Positions 55,974 to 64,000 of a DNA stretch of 64,000 bases are shown here, piece after piece; position 1 is the first letter of the stretch, and each line of letters starts with the position of its first letter. Below the pieces are notes generated by a model. The model worked only from the letters and a program-made list of their open reading frames with translations, was not told the DNA's origin and did no database searches. The stretch is from a virus. Position numbers and translations under genes: made by a program. Location: the IMG/VR virus record IMGVR_UViG_3300025276_004419, positions 1 through 64,000 of that record. One strand, written 5' to 3'.

Positions 55974-57023
55974 ATGGCAAATAAGGATTTATTAGAGCTC
56001 CTCAATAACATGGATAAGGAGCCGGAGACACCCTCCTCGCAACATGAAAGAGTTTTATTTATTGACGGTCTAAATCTATTTTTTAGAAACTTCGCAATGC
56101 TTAACATTGTAAATGAGCACGGCGTTCATGTAGGAGGGTTAGGAGGATTTGTTCGTTCATTGGGGACTCTAATAAATGCTATTCAGCCAACAGCAATGTA
56201 TGTTATCTTTGATGGAGAGAATTCATCAATGAATCGTAAAAATATCCTCTCAGAATATAAGGCAGGCCGTCATCAGTCTCGTATTACTAACTGGGAAATA
56301 TTTGAAGATGTAGGAGATGAACATGATGCTAAATTAGATCAAATAGTAAGGTTAATCGATTATTTGAAGTGTCTCCCTGTAAAAACCATAGCGCTCGACA
56401 AAGTAGAGGCCGACGATATAATCGCGCATTTAGCGACGACTATCACCAATACTCATGACAACTCTCGAGCGTTTATTGTATCAAGTGATAAAGATTTTAT
56501 TCAATTAACAAGTAATAAAATTTGTGTGTATCGTCCTATTGAAAAGGATTTTTACACACCTGAAACTGTAATAGAAAAATTTCAAGTATTACCTGAGAAT
56601 TTTATTTTATATAAAGTCCTAATGGGTGATGCTTCAGATAAAATCCCTGGTATAAAAGGTTTAGGGGAGAAAAAATTACGTAAATTATTCCCTGAATTAA
56701 ATGAACGTAAATTAACATTAGATGATATCTTTGAAATAGCAGCAGAAAAACACAAGGAACATCTTATCTATTCTCGTATAGTATTTGACGAGCAGAGCCT
56801 ACGTAAAAATTATAAAATCATGGATTTACATAATCCAATGGTAGATGATTTAGAAAAGGCCTACCTAGAGGAACAAATAGATGTTGATCCACCCGTGCTA
56901 AACCAAAAAGCTTTTCTTAGATTCTATCAAGAGGATGGGTTACGTCATCTAATTAAAAACCCTGAATTTTGGGTTAATAACCAGTTCCAAACATTAAATA
57001 GTTTTGTAAATGACTCTAAGTGA
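55974..57023 (+). CDS. 5'-3' exonuclease/RNase H (FEN-like)
   Basis: IDGLNLFFR, EYKAGR, EADDIIA, SSDKDFIQL, GDASDKIPGIKGLG.K. Confidence 0.92.
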   Translation: MANKDLLELLNNMDKEPETPSSQHERVLFIDGLNLFFRNFAMLNIVNEHGVHVGGLGGFVRSLGTLINAIQPTAMYVIFDGENSSMNRKNILSEYKAGRHQSRITNWEIFEDVGDEHDAKLDQIVRLIDYLKCLPVKTIALDKVEADDIIAHLATTITNTHDNSRAFIVSSDKDFIQLTSNKICVYRPIEKDFYTPETVIEKFQVLPENFILYKVLMGDASDKIPGIKGLGEKKLRKLFPELNERKLTLDDIFEIAAEKHKEHLIYSRIVFDEQSLRKNYKIMDLHNPMVDDLEKAYLEEQIDVDPPVLNQKAFLRFYQEDGLRHLIKNPEFWVNNQFQTLNSFVNDSK

Positions 57024-58377
57024 TCTAAATAAGTATGGCCCAGCATTTCAAATTAAGGTTATTCATTCCTTACTCGATCGTAAAGAATTTTTAATTAACA
57101 TCCATGATATACTGGATTCATCGTATTTTGATAATCAAGCCCATAAGTGGATTATCGATAACATTTTAAAGTATTATAATGAATATCATACTACCCCTAC
57201 ACCAGAGGTATTAAAATCAGAATATGAAAAGGTTACTAATGATGTTTTAAAATTATCTATTAGAGAACAACTTAGAGATGCTTATAAAATAATATCTACA
57301 GATTCAGAATATATCCAAACTGAATTTTCAGCATTTTGTAAGAACCAACAACTGAAAAAAGCACTATTAGGTAGTGTTGATTTACTTAAAGCTGAAGATT
57401 ATGATTCAATTCGTGGTTTAATTGATAATGCTTTAAAAGCTGGGATGGATAAGCATATTGGACATGAATATCTTAAAGATTTTGAAACACGTTATCGTGA
57501 AGAACAAAGAATTACTATCCCAACCCCATGGAAAGAATTTAATGATATCCTTCAAGGTGGTTTAGGTAATGGTGATTTTGGTTTAATATTTGGTGGTCCA
57601 GGTGCTGGTAAATCTTGGTCATTAGTTGCTTTAGCGGGTAATGCTGTAAAAATGGGATTTAATGTAGTCTATTATACATTAGAGTTAGGTGAGGATTATG
57701 TAGGTAGAAGATTTGATGCTCATTTTACTAAAATCCCAGCTAATGAAATTATGATGCACAAAGATAAGGTTGAAGAAGTAATGACTAAGTTACCTGGCAA
57801 TCTTATTATCAAAGAATTCCCACCAAATAAGGCATCTATGTCGACTATTGAATCACACATCCAGAAATGTGAGGATTTAGGTACTAAAATAGATTTGGTA
57901 GTTATTGATTATGTTGACCTACTTCGTTCAAAGAAAACAAGTAAGGAGCGTAAGGAAGAAATTGATGATATTTATATAAGCACGAAAGCATTAGCCCGCG
58001 AACTTAATATCCCAATTTGGTCCGCTTCTCAAGTTAACAGACAAGGAGCACAAGACGAGATTATTGAAGGACATAAAGCAGCGGGCTCTTATGACAAAAT
58101 GATGATTACAGATTTTGCGGCTTCAATCAGCCGTCGTGCTAAAGACAAACAAACTGGAGTTGGTAAACTTCATATAATGAAGAATAGATACGGGATGGAT
58201 GGACTTACTTACAACGCTGCTATTAATATCGCTATTGGTGAATATAGAATCGTCAATGATGCAGAGTTTGAAGAGTTAGCTGGAACACCTGAATTTAATT
58301 CAAATGAAAATGCTAAAATACAAGACAACTTTAGTTTGTCAGAAAAAGATCGGTTGCGCAATTTATTACATTCTTAA
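57010..58377 (+). CDS. replicative DNA helicase (DnaB/T4 gp41-like)
   Basis: GGPGAGKS, YYTLEL, VIDYVDLL, SASQVNR, KNRYG. Confidence 0.92.
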   Translation: MTLSDLNKYGPAFQIKVIHSLLDRKEFLINIHDILDSSYFDNQAHKWIIDNILKYYNEYHTTPTPEVLKSEYEKVTNDVLKLSIREQLRDAYKIISTDSEYIQTEFSAFCKNQQLKKALLGSVDLLKAEDYDSIRGLIDNALKAGMDKHIGHEYLKDFETRYREEQRITIPTPWKEFNDILQGGLGNGDFGLIFGGPGAGKSWSLVALAGNAVKMGFNVVYYTLELGEDYVGRRFDAHFTKIPANEIMMHKDKVEEVMTKLPGNLIIKEFPPNKASMSTIESHIQKCEDLGTKIDLVVIDYVDLLRSKKTSKERKEEIDDIYISTKALARELNIPIWSASQVNRQGAQDEIIEGHKAAGSYDKMMITDFAASISRRAKDKQTGVGKLHIMKNRYGMDGLTYNAAINIAIGEYRIVNDAEFEELAGTPEFNSNENAKIQDNFSLSEKDRLRNLLHS

Positions 58378-58397
58378 TTTAAAATTTAAAAACTACA

Positions 58398-59381
58398 ATG
58401 GCAAAAAAAGACCTTTTGCAGGAACGCATCGTTTACAAACCATTCGAATATCAAGAAGCAGCTGATTTTTGGTTAAAACAACAACAAGCCCACTGGCTCC
58501 ACACAGAAATCCCAATGATGAGCGATATCACGGATTGGAATTCAAATTTAAATGAAACAGAAAAAAACATTATTGGGTCTATCCTTAAAGGATTTGCCCA
58601 AACAGAAACAGTTGTAAATGATTATTGGACCCAATTAGTTACTAAATGGTTTAGAAAACCAGAAGTTATTATGATGGCTACAACATTTGGTGCGTTTGAA
58701 ACAATACACGCTGAAGCATATTCACTATTAAATGAAACACTTGGTCTTGAGAATTTCGATGAATTTATGGAAGATGAGGCTACGATGGCTAAAATTGAAA
58801 ACCTTACTACTCTTAGAGATAGTTTTACTGGTGAGAAAGATGTCCATGAAATTGCTAAATCACTCGCTATATTCTCAGCATTTACCGAGGGAGTTAATTT
58901 ATTCTCTTCCTTCGCCGTCCTCTTATCTTTTAAGATGCGAAACAAGCTTAAGGGAGTGGGTCAAATTGTTGAATGGTCTATTAGAGATGAATCCCTCCAT
59001 TCAGAAGCTGGATGTTGGTTATTCAGAACACTTATCGATGAAAATCCTAAAGTCAAAACACCAGAGCTTGAAGCAGCAATAAACGAAGCAGCATTACTTT
59101 CATTAAAACTCGAATTAGATTTTATTAGAAAGTGTTATGAGTTAGGTGATTTAGAAGGATGTTCTCAATATGATTTAGAAAACTTTATTAAAAATAGAGT
59201 TAATATAAAATTGGGTGACTTAGGTTACAAACCAATCATTGAAGGTATAGATATGACAGCTGTAGAAAGAATGAGTTGGTTTGGCGCTTTATCAGGTGGT
59301 AAACAACATACAGATTTCTTCGCAAATAGAGTAACAAATTATTCAAAAGGCCACATGGAGTGGGATGAAAGTATATTTTAA
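58398..59381 (+). CDS. nrdB: ribonucleotide reductase class I beta subunit
   Basis: FETIHAEAY, FTEGVNLFSSF, RDESLH, DFFANRVTNY. Confidence 0.95.
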   Translation: MAKKDLLQERIVYKPFEYQEAADFWLKQQQAHWLHTEIPMMSDITDWNSNLNETEKNIIGSILKGFAQTETVVNDYWTQLVTKWFRKPEVIMMATTFGAFETIHAEAYSLLNETLGLENFDEFMEDEATMAKIENLTTLRDSFTGEKDVHEIAKSLAIFSAFTEGVNLFSSFAVLLSFKMRNKLKGVGQIVEWSIRDESLHSEAGCWLFRTLIDENPKVKTPELEAAINEAALLSLKLELDFIRKCYELGDLEGCSQYDLENFIKNRVNIKLGDLGYKPIIEGIDMTAVERMSWFGALSGGKQHTDFFANRVTNYSKGHMEWDESIF

Positions 59382-59383
59382 TT

Positions 59384-61099
59384 ATGGATAACAATAGTTT
59401 AGTAGCAGATTACTCCCTATGGGAAAGAGGTAAAGATTACCCTGAATTTTTTGATGATGTAGCTTTATCTACAATATCAAAGGGATATTTAATGCCTGGG
59501 GAAACTCCCCGCAAAGCGTATAAACGTGTCGCTAATGCTGTAGCTGATAGATTAAACAGACCAGATTTAGCAAATAAATTTTTTAAATACATTTGGAATG
59601 GATGGATTGGTCTTGCTAGCCCTGTTCTCAGTAATACTGGTACTGATAGGGGCTTGCCAATTAGCTGTTTTGGTATTGATACTCCGGATTCGGTCCGTGG
59701 TATTGGACTCACTAATGCAGAGCTTATGCGCCTTACTTCATACGGGGGAGGCGTGGGAATATCCCTTAGCAGAATTAGAGGAAGAGGAGAAAGTATAACT
59801 GGAAATGGTAAAAGTGAAGGTATTGTACCTTGGGCTAAAATTTATGATTCAACTATTATTGCTACTAATCAAGGTAGTGTAAGACGTGGAGCCTCATCAG
59901 TAAATTTAGATATTAATCATACTGATATTAAAGAATTTTTACAAATTCGTAGACCCAAAGGTGATCCTAATAGACAATGTTTGAATTTACATCAGGCTGT
60001 AATGGTAGATGACGCGTTTATGAAGCGCTTACAGGATCGAGACAGCGAGGCCATGTCACTATGGCTTGAAATACTTAAATCCCGCGTAGAAACCGGAGAA
60101 CCCTACATAATGTTTAAGGACAATGTTAACAAAGACAACCCTTTAGCTTATCGTATGAATAATCTAGATGTTTCTATGACTAACATTTGTACTGAAATTA
60201 CTTTACATACAGATGAGGAACATAGTTTTATTTGTTGTTTATCTTCTTTAAACTTAGCTAAGTATGATGAGTGGAAAAACACAGATGTAGTTGAAATTGC
60301 TACTTACTTCTTAGATGGTGTAATGGAGGAATTTATCCAAAAAACGAATGGTAAGGATTCAATGATTCGTACTCATCGTTCAGCTAAAAAAGGAAGAGCA
60401 TTAGGTTTAGGTGTAATGGGATGGCATACATTCCTACAGCAAAAAAACCTAGCATTTAACTCAATTGGTGCTACAGCCTGGACACACACCATTTTTAGTG
60501 ATATTCAAAGAAAAGCTGAAGCAGCTTCACGCCAAATGGCAATTGAATATGGAGAACCTACTTGGTGTAAGGGTACAGGTATGAGAAATACTCACTTGTT
60601 AGCAATTGCTCCAACTGTATCTAATTCTCGTATTAATAACTGTTCAGCAGGTATTGAACCACAACCAGCTAACATTTATGTGTTTAATGGTGCTAAAGGA
60701 ACATTTATTGTAAAAAATCCTGAATTAGAAAAACTACTAGTTGAAAAGAAACATAATACAACTCGTGTTTGGGATCAAATTATGGGTGACAATGGTTCTG
60801 TAATGGGTCTGTCTAATGACATATTAACAGAAGATGAAAAGGAAGTATTTATGACATTCCCAGAAATCAACCAATTAGCTTTAGTTCAACAAGCAGCTAC
60901 ACGCCAAAAATACATTGATCAAACTCAATCGTTAAACTTAGCATTTGATCCAACGGATTCTCCAAAATGGATTAATCAGGTTCATATGGAAGCATGGAAA
61001 TTAGGTATTAAAACATTGTATTATCTACGTACAGATTCCGTGATTAAAGGTGATTTAGGTTCTCGTACTACTGAGGATTGTTTATCTTGTGATGGGTAG
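59384..61099 (+). CDS. nrdA: ribonucleotide reductase class I alpha subunit (short, no obvious ATP cone)
   Basis: ISCF, TNICTEI (NxCxE), IAPTVSNS, TLYYLR, C-terminal CLSCDG. Confidence 0.95.
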   Translation: MDNNSLVADYSLWERGKDYPEFFDDVALSTISKGYLMPGETPRKAYKRVANAVADRLNRPDLANKFFKYIWNGWIGLASPVLSNTGTDRGLPISCFGIDTPDSVRGIGLTNAELMRLTSYGGGVGISLSRIRGRGESITGNGKSEGIVPWAKIYDSTIIATNQGSVRRGASSVNLDINHTDIKEFLQIRRPKGDPNRQCLNLHQAVMVDDAFMKRLQDRDSEAMSLWLEILKSRVETGEPYIMFKDNVNKDNPLAYRMNNLDVSMTNICTEITLHTDEEHSFICCLSSLNLAKYDEWKNTDVVEIATYFLDGVMEEFIQKTNGKDSMIRTHRSAKKGRALGLGVMGWHTFLQQKNLAFNSIGATAWTHTIFSDIQRKAEAASRQMAIEYGEPTWCKGTGMRNTHLLAIAPTVSNSRINNCSAGIEPQPANIYVFNGAKGTFIVKNPELEKLLVEKKHNTTRVWDQIMGDNGSVMGLSNDILTEDEKEVFMTFPEINQLALVQQAATRQKYIDQTQSLNLAFDPTDSPKWINQVHMEAWKLGIKTLYYLRTDSVIKGDLGSRTTEDCLSCDG

Positions 61100-61101
61100 T
61101 A

Positions 61102-61110
61102 ATATTTATT
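61102..61110 (+). promoter_or_regulatory. putative late promoter (variant)
   Basis: ATATTTATT after nrdA. Confidence 0.5.
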
Positions 61111-61133
61111 AACGTAATTTTAAAAACTTAATT

Positions 61134-61334
61134 ATGAAAAAAGTATTAGATTTTATTAAAAAGATCTTTACAATTGTTAAAGATTGGATTGTAGCTAATG
61201 GTGTTGAAGGTGTATTAGGCTTAATTGCTGGTCTCATTCTATGGACATTTGGTTTCAAAATCTACGCAGGATTTGCCTTTGGTGTATTTGCAACTCGTAA
61301 TTGGGATATGGTAAAAGGTTTATTTAAAAAGTAA
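61134..61334 (+). CDS. small membrane protein
   Basis: 66 aa with hydrophobic core. Confidence 0.55.
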   Translation: MKKVLDFIKKIFTIVKDWIVANGVEGVLGLIAGLILWTFGFKIYAGFAFGVFATRNWDMVKGLFKK

Positions 61335-61356
61335 AATAATTACTATTTTATGTAAA

Positions 61357-61382
61357 GGGGACCCTATTTAGGGTCCCTTTTT
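61357..61382 (+). terminator. intrinsic terminator
   Basis: GGGACCCT-ATTT-AGGGTCCC plus T5. Confidence 0.85.
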
Positions 61383-61391
61383 ATATTTATA
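61383..61391 (+). promoter_or_regulatory. putative late promoter
   Basis: ATATTTATA after terminator; very close to the GTG start. Confidence 0.45.
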
Positions 61392-61394
61392 TAT

Positions 61395-61931
61395 GTGGAT
61401 AGCAGAAAGTACATATTAACTTTCATACTATGCCTCCTTTCAATAAGTTCTTATTCTCAATCAAGTAGTTTTCCTAATAGTTTCATTAAATCAATTGAAC
61501 ATGGAGTGTATATTGACCACCATCTTGTTTTCCCTTATACGCACCTTGGTTTAACTACAAATTCAAATTTATCACTTGAATTAGGGATGATCGATCTTCC
61601 TTCTACAGTAAATTTCAGTTTTAATAACGTTATTCAACAGAATGCTGGACGATTTAGATATTTACTCCAACCAGTTGAAGAATTTGCTGAATACAAGGGA
61701 CGACCACGTAAAAAGGAGTTTACGTTTCTTATGGGGGTGGTTATCCAAAAAAATAATTTTAGATACTTTTTACAAGGAGGAAGATCTACAACAGAAACCA
61801 TAATCATTAAATTCTCACATTATTACCGTGTAGTCAATAATGATGGCGCTTTTATGGATATAGGCATACACTACCAGTTAGGGGAAAAACGTAATTTTAT
61901 ATTCTTTGGGTATAGTTGGGGGATATTTTGA
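61395..61931 (+). CDS. secreted, putative outer-membrane beta protein
   Basis: GTG start, signal peptide ...SISSYSQ, C-terminal FGYSWGIF. Confidence 0.55.
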   Translation: MDSRKYILTFILCLLSISSYSQSSSFPNSFIKSIEHGVYIDHHLVFPYTHLGLTTNSNLSLELGMIDLPSTVNFSFNNVIQQNAGRFRYLLQPVEEFAEYKGRPRKKEFTFLMGVVIQKNNFRYFLQGGRSTTETIIIKFSHYYRVVNNDGAFMDIGIHYQLGEKRNFIFFGYSWGIF

Positions 61932-61939
61932 TATGTATA
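61931..61939 (+). promoter_or_regulatory. putative late promoter
   Basis: ATATGTATA. Confidence 0.55.
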
Positions 61940-61972
61940 ACCATATAATTAGTTACAATTAAGCGTTTTTAT

Positions 61973-62221
61973 ATGTTCAACAATATAAAAAATAAAATCA
62001 TGGCCTTTAAAGATATTTTTAAAGACGAAAATAGCTACAATGAAAAAACTATAATTGGTTTTTTATCATTTGCCGTAATGGTAGTATTTGCTACCACCGA
62101 TATAGTTACTGGTATTATGGGTAAAGAATTAATTATAAGCGATTCAATATTTAACTCATTTGTATTAGTTACTTTGGGTAGTTTTGGTATAGCTGGCTTA
62201 GAAAAATTTGCTAAAAAATGA
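61973..62221 (+). CDS. small two-TM membrane protein (holin-like?)
   Basis: Two hydrophobic segments, basic C-terminus. Confidence 0.45.
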   Translation: MFNNIKNKIMAFKDIFKDENSYNEKTIIGFLSFAVMVVFATTDIVTGIMGKELIISDSIFNSFVLVTLGSFGIAGLEKFAKK

Positions 62222-63429
62222 AAAAAATACTACTATTATTAGGGATGTTTCTTAGCTTTTCTGTTAATGCTCAATCCCCTGCAGCTTTAGGTAAACAAAA
62301 ATTCTTTAAAGGTCTATATGAAGACTTTTTAAAGTATGGTACTGTGTATGCTACAGGAGATATTTCAAACTCTGTAGAAGCTCAATATCCAACATATATT
62401 TTAAGAACTAATGACAATGGAAGTATTTACTCAATTCCCACGGTAGAAGATGCTACAGATGTGTTCCCATTTGATTACACTTATAATATAGGGATTAGAA
62501 AGTTAGCAAGATTTGATTACGAAAGAAAACCTAAAAACTTCTATGATGGTAATGAAAGTCAATTAGTATATTCAGCACCAACATCAGCAATACAAGGATT
62601 AGAATATCAACTTCATTTTGAAAGAGAAAGATGGAATGGTAGAAATTTTAACAATCATAGAGTATTCTTTAAACATACAGGTAAATACCATATAGTAAAA
62701 GCAGAAACTAGAGAAGTAGGTAAAATTAATTTAAATTATAAATCTGCAGAAACTAGAGCAAGATTACCTATAGGAAAAAAATTCTCATTTTCTGCAGGGG
62801 CTATTGTAAGAGGGCACGATAGAGCCTATGGGTATAATCCATTTGAAATTTGGGTAAATGAAGAAACAACAGATGAATTTGGTAACACTTACCCTACTAA
62901 TCAATGGTATGGATTAGGGAGAGAGTATGGCTATTCAGACCACTTTACAGAAACAATTACAGAAGGAGATACTACACAAGATTGGGTATGGAGAAATGAA
63001 GACGGAAATCAAGTAGCCTCTTCAGATTTAGACTTTAGAGAAAGAATTATGCCTGGTTTAATAAATAGGTATAATACAGGAATATGGGATGCTTTAGATC
63101 CATTTGTTGAAATAGCCCCTATTATAGGGTTTGATTTTTATCATTATGAAGGTAAATTTTGGCTACATGCATTTGGAAATTGGATTCTTCCATACCACAA
63201 ATATATTGCGGGGTCTGAAGAATTTTCTTATCTAAATAGAAACAATTGGGTAGCTGGAGGTTTAAAACCAGATTCTCAACCTGAACAATGGAATGATTTC
63301 TCATCTGGTGTTTCATTTGGTTGGAAAGTAGGTAGAAATATTGGGATATTTGCTGAAGGTGAATATATGAAAATGTGGGATAGTAGATTATTCCAAACTA
63401 CCTTTGGTATAAACTATACATTTAAGTAA
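62218..63429 (+). CDS. secreted, putative outer-membrane beta-barrel protein
   Basis: Signal peptide ...SVNAQ, aromatic-rich alternating strands, terminal FGINYTFK. Confidence 0.65.
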   Translation: MKKILLLLGMFLSFSVNAQSPAALGKQKFFKGLYEDFLKYGTVYATGDISNSVEAQYPTYILRTNDNGSIYSIPTVEDATDVFPFDYTYNIGIRKLARFDYERKPKNFYDGNESQLVYSAPTSAIQGLEYQLHFERERWNGRNFNNHRVFFKHTGKYHIVKAETREVGKINLNYKSAETRARLPIGKKFSFSAGAIVRGHDRAYGYNPFEIWVNEETTDEFGNTYPTNQWYGLGREYGYSDHFTETITEGDTTQDWVWRNEDGNQVASSDLDFRERIMPGLINRYNTGIWDALDPFVEIAPIIGFDFYHYEGKFWLHAFGNWILPYHKYIAGSEEFSYLNRNNWVAGGLKPDSQPEQWNDFSSGVSFGWKVGRNIGIFAEGEYMKMWDSRLFQTTFGINYTFK

Positions 63430-63432
63430 AAG

Positions 63433-63717
63433 ATGGCTAAAGAATTAAGTGAAGGAACTAAAATTACTTTAGATTTAAAAACAATAGGAATTGTTGTATT
63501 TTTTATAGCTACTGTGGTTGGTATGTGGTTTTCCCTCCAAGCTGATATTCAAGAAGCTAAAGAATTACCAACACCTGAAATTCAAAGGATTGAATATGAT
63601 TTAAAGGATGAATTGATCCGTGAAACTATTATGGATACTGAAGAATCAGTAGAAGAAATAAAAGCACAATTAGATAAAATGGATCAAAGATTATACGAAC
63701 TCCAACAAAGAAGATAA
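63433..63717 (+). CDS. single-TM protein with coiled-coil tail
   Basis: IGIVVFFIATVVGMWF followed by charged heptads. Confidence 0.55.
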   Translation: MAKELSEGTKITLDLKTIGIVVFFIATVVGMWFSLQADIQEAKELPTPEIQRIEYDLKDELIRETIMDTEESVEEIKAQLDKMDQRLYELQQRR

Positions 63718-64000
63718 TGAAAAATTTACTTTTAATTATAGGTTTCTTGTCATTACCTTTTTCTGTATTTTCTCAAGAATTTATTAATGATAAAAACTTT
63801 GATAAAAAAATTAAAGGTAACCCATTTGATGATGATAATGGGAAAATAGTTATAGTAGAATTTTGGGCTGATTTTAATAAAAATAATGCTTTTAAAGAAT
63901 GGGACCAACTCAAAGAAGTAACCTACTATAGATGTGATCTAGCAAAATCACCAGAACTTAAAGCTAAATATAAAATACGGATGGCTCCTACAATTTTAAT
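63717..64000 (+). CDS. secreted thioredoxin-fold protein lacking CxxC, 3'-truncated
   Basis: Manual translation: MKNLLLIIGFLSLPFSVFSQ...IVIVEFWADFN...KYKIRMAPTIL; WADFN occupies the WCxxC position. Confidence 0.65.
   Translation, partial: MKNLLLIIGFLSLPFSVFSQEFINDKNFDKKIKGNPFDDDNGKIVIVEFWADFNKNNAFKEWDQLKEVTYYRCDLAKSPELKAKYKIRMAPTIL

Noticed and set aside
2821-61099. Inteins or introns in terminase, helicase, polymerase or RNR
   Set aside because: Protein lengths are normal or short and motifs are contiguous; no homing endonuclease motifs seen.
1773-63316. Short (60-140 aa) ORFs overlapping core genes, e.g. 3617-3814, 8102-8329, 52685-53101, 58622-58945
   Set aside because: Fully nested within well-supported genes, with no recognisable motifs or leaders.
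1-64000. Stop-codon reassignment as in some jumbo phages
   Set aside because: Conserved genes are full length in the standard code, and TAA, TAG (e.g. 9076, 42729, 61099) and TGA (52274, 57023) all end genes.
1-64000. tRNA or other structured RNA genes
   Set aside because: Intergenic gaps are short and I saw no cloverleaf or T-arm GTTCRA context; a tRNAscan/Infernal run would be needed to exclude them fully.

Overview
A 64-kb, AT-rich segment of a large T4-like myovirus (jumbo-phage style). All credible genes lie on the + strand. The host is probably Bacteroidota (inferred from A/T-rich leaders without Shine-Dalgarno sequences and Flavobacterium-style secreted proteins). Gene order: FAD oxidoreductase/cupin/kinase; terminase, portal, head proteins, prohead protease, scaffold, major capsid; PhoH; neck; a 16.5-kb array of six Gly-X-Y fibre genes (four Ser/Thr-rich, two Pro/Ile/Lys-rich); a modification cluster; contractile tail and baseplate; replication genes (degenerate PolA-like, gp32, UvsX, 5'-3' exonuclease, helicase, nrdB/nrdA); a secreted/outer-membrane protein cluster. 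The standout is an apparent phage collagen-modification system. It comprises a GT4 + COLGALT-like GT25 + PLOD-like lysyl-hydroxylase fusion, a second 2OG-Fe(II) oxygenase and a TibC/AAH-like serine heptosyltransferase, tightly linked to candidate substrates (X-Lys-Gly collagens and Ser-saturated Gly-X-Y fibres). Other highlights are a thumb-less PolA with an altered steric gate, a probable +1 frameshift in the tail chaperone, a repeated leader hairpin, and a late-promoter-like motif that is the reverse complement of the T4 late promoter. All homology calls come from motifs read by eye and from recalled reference sequences; no searches were run.
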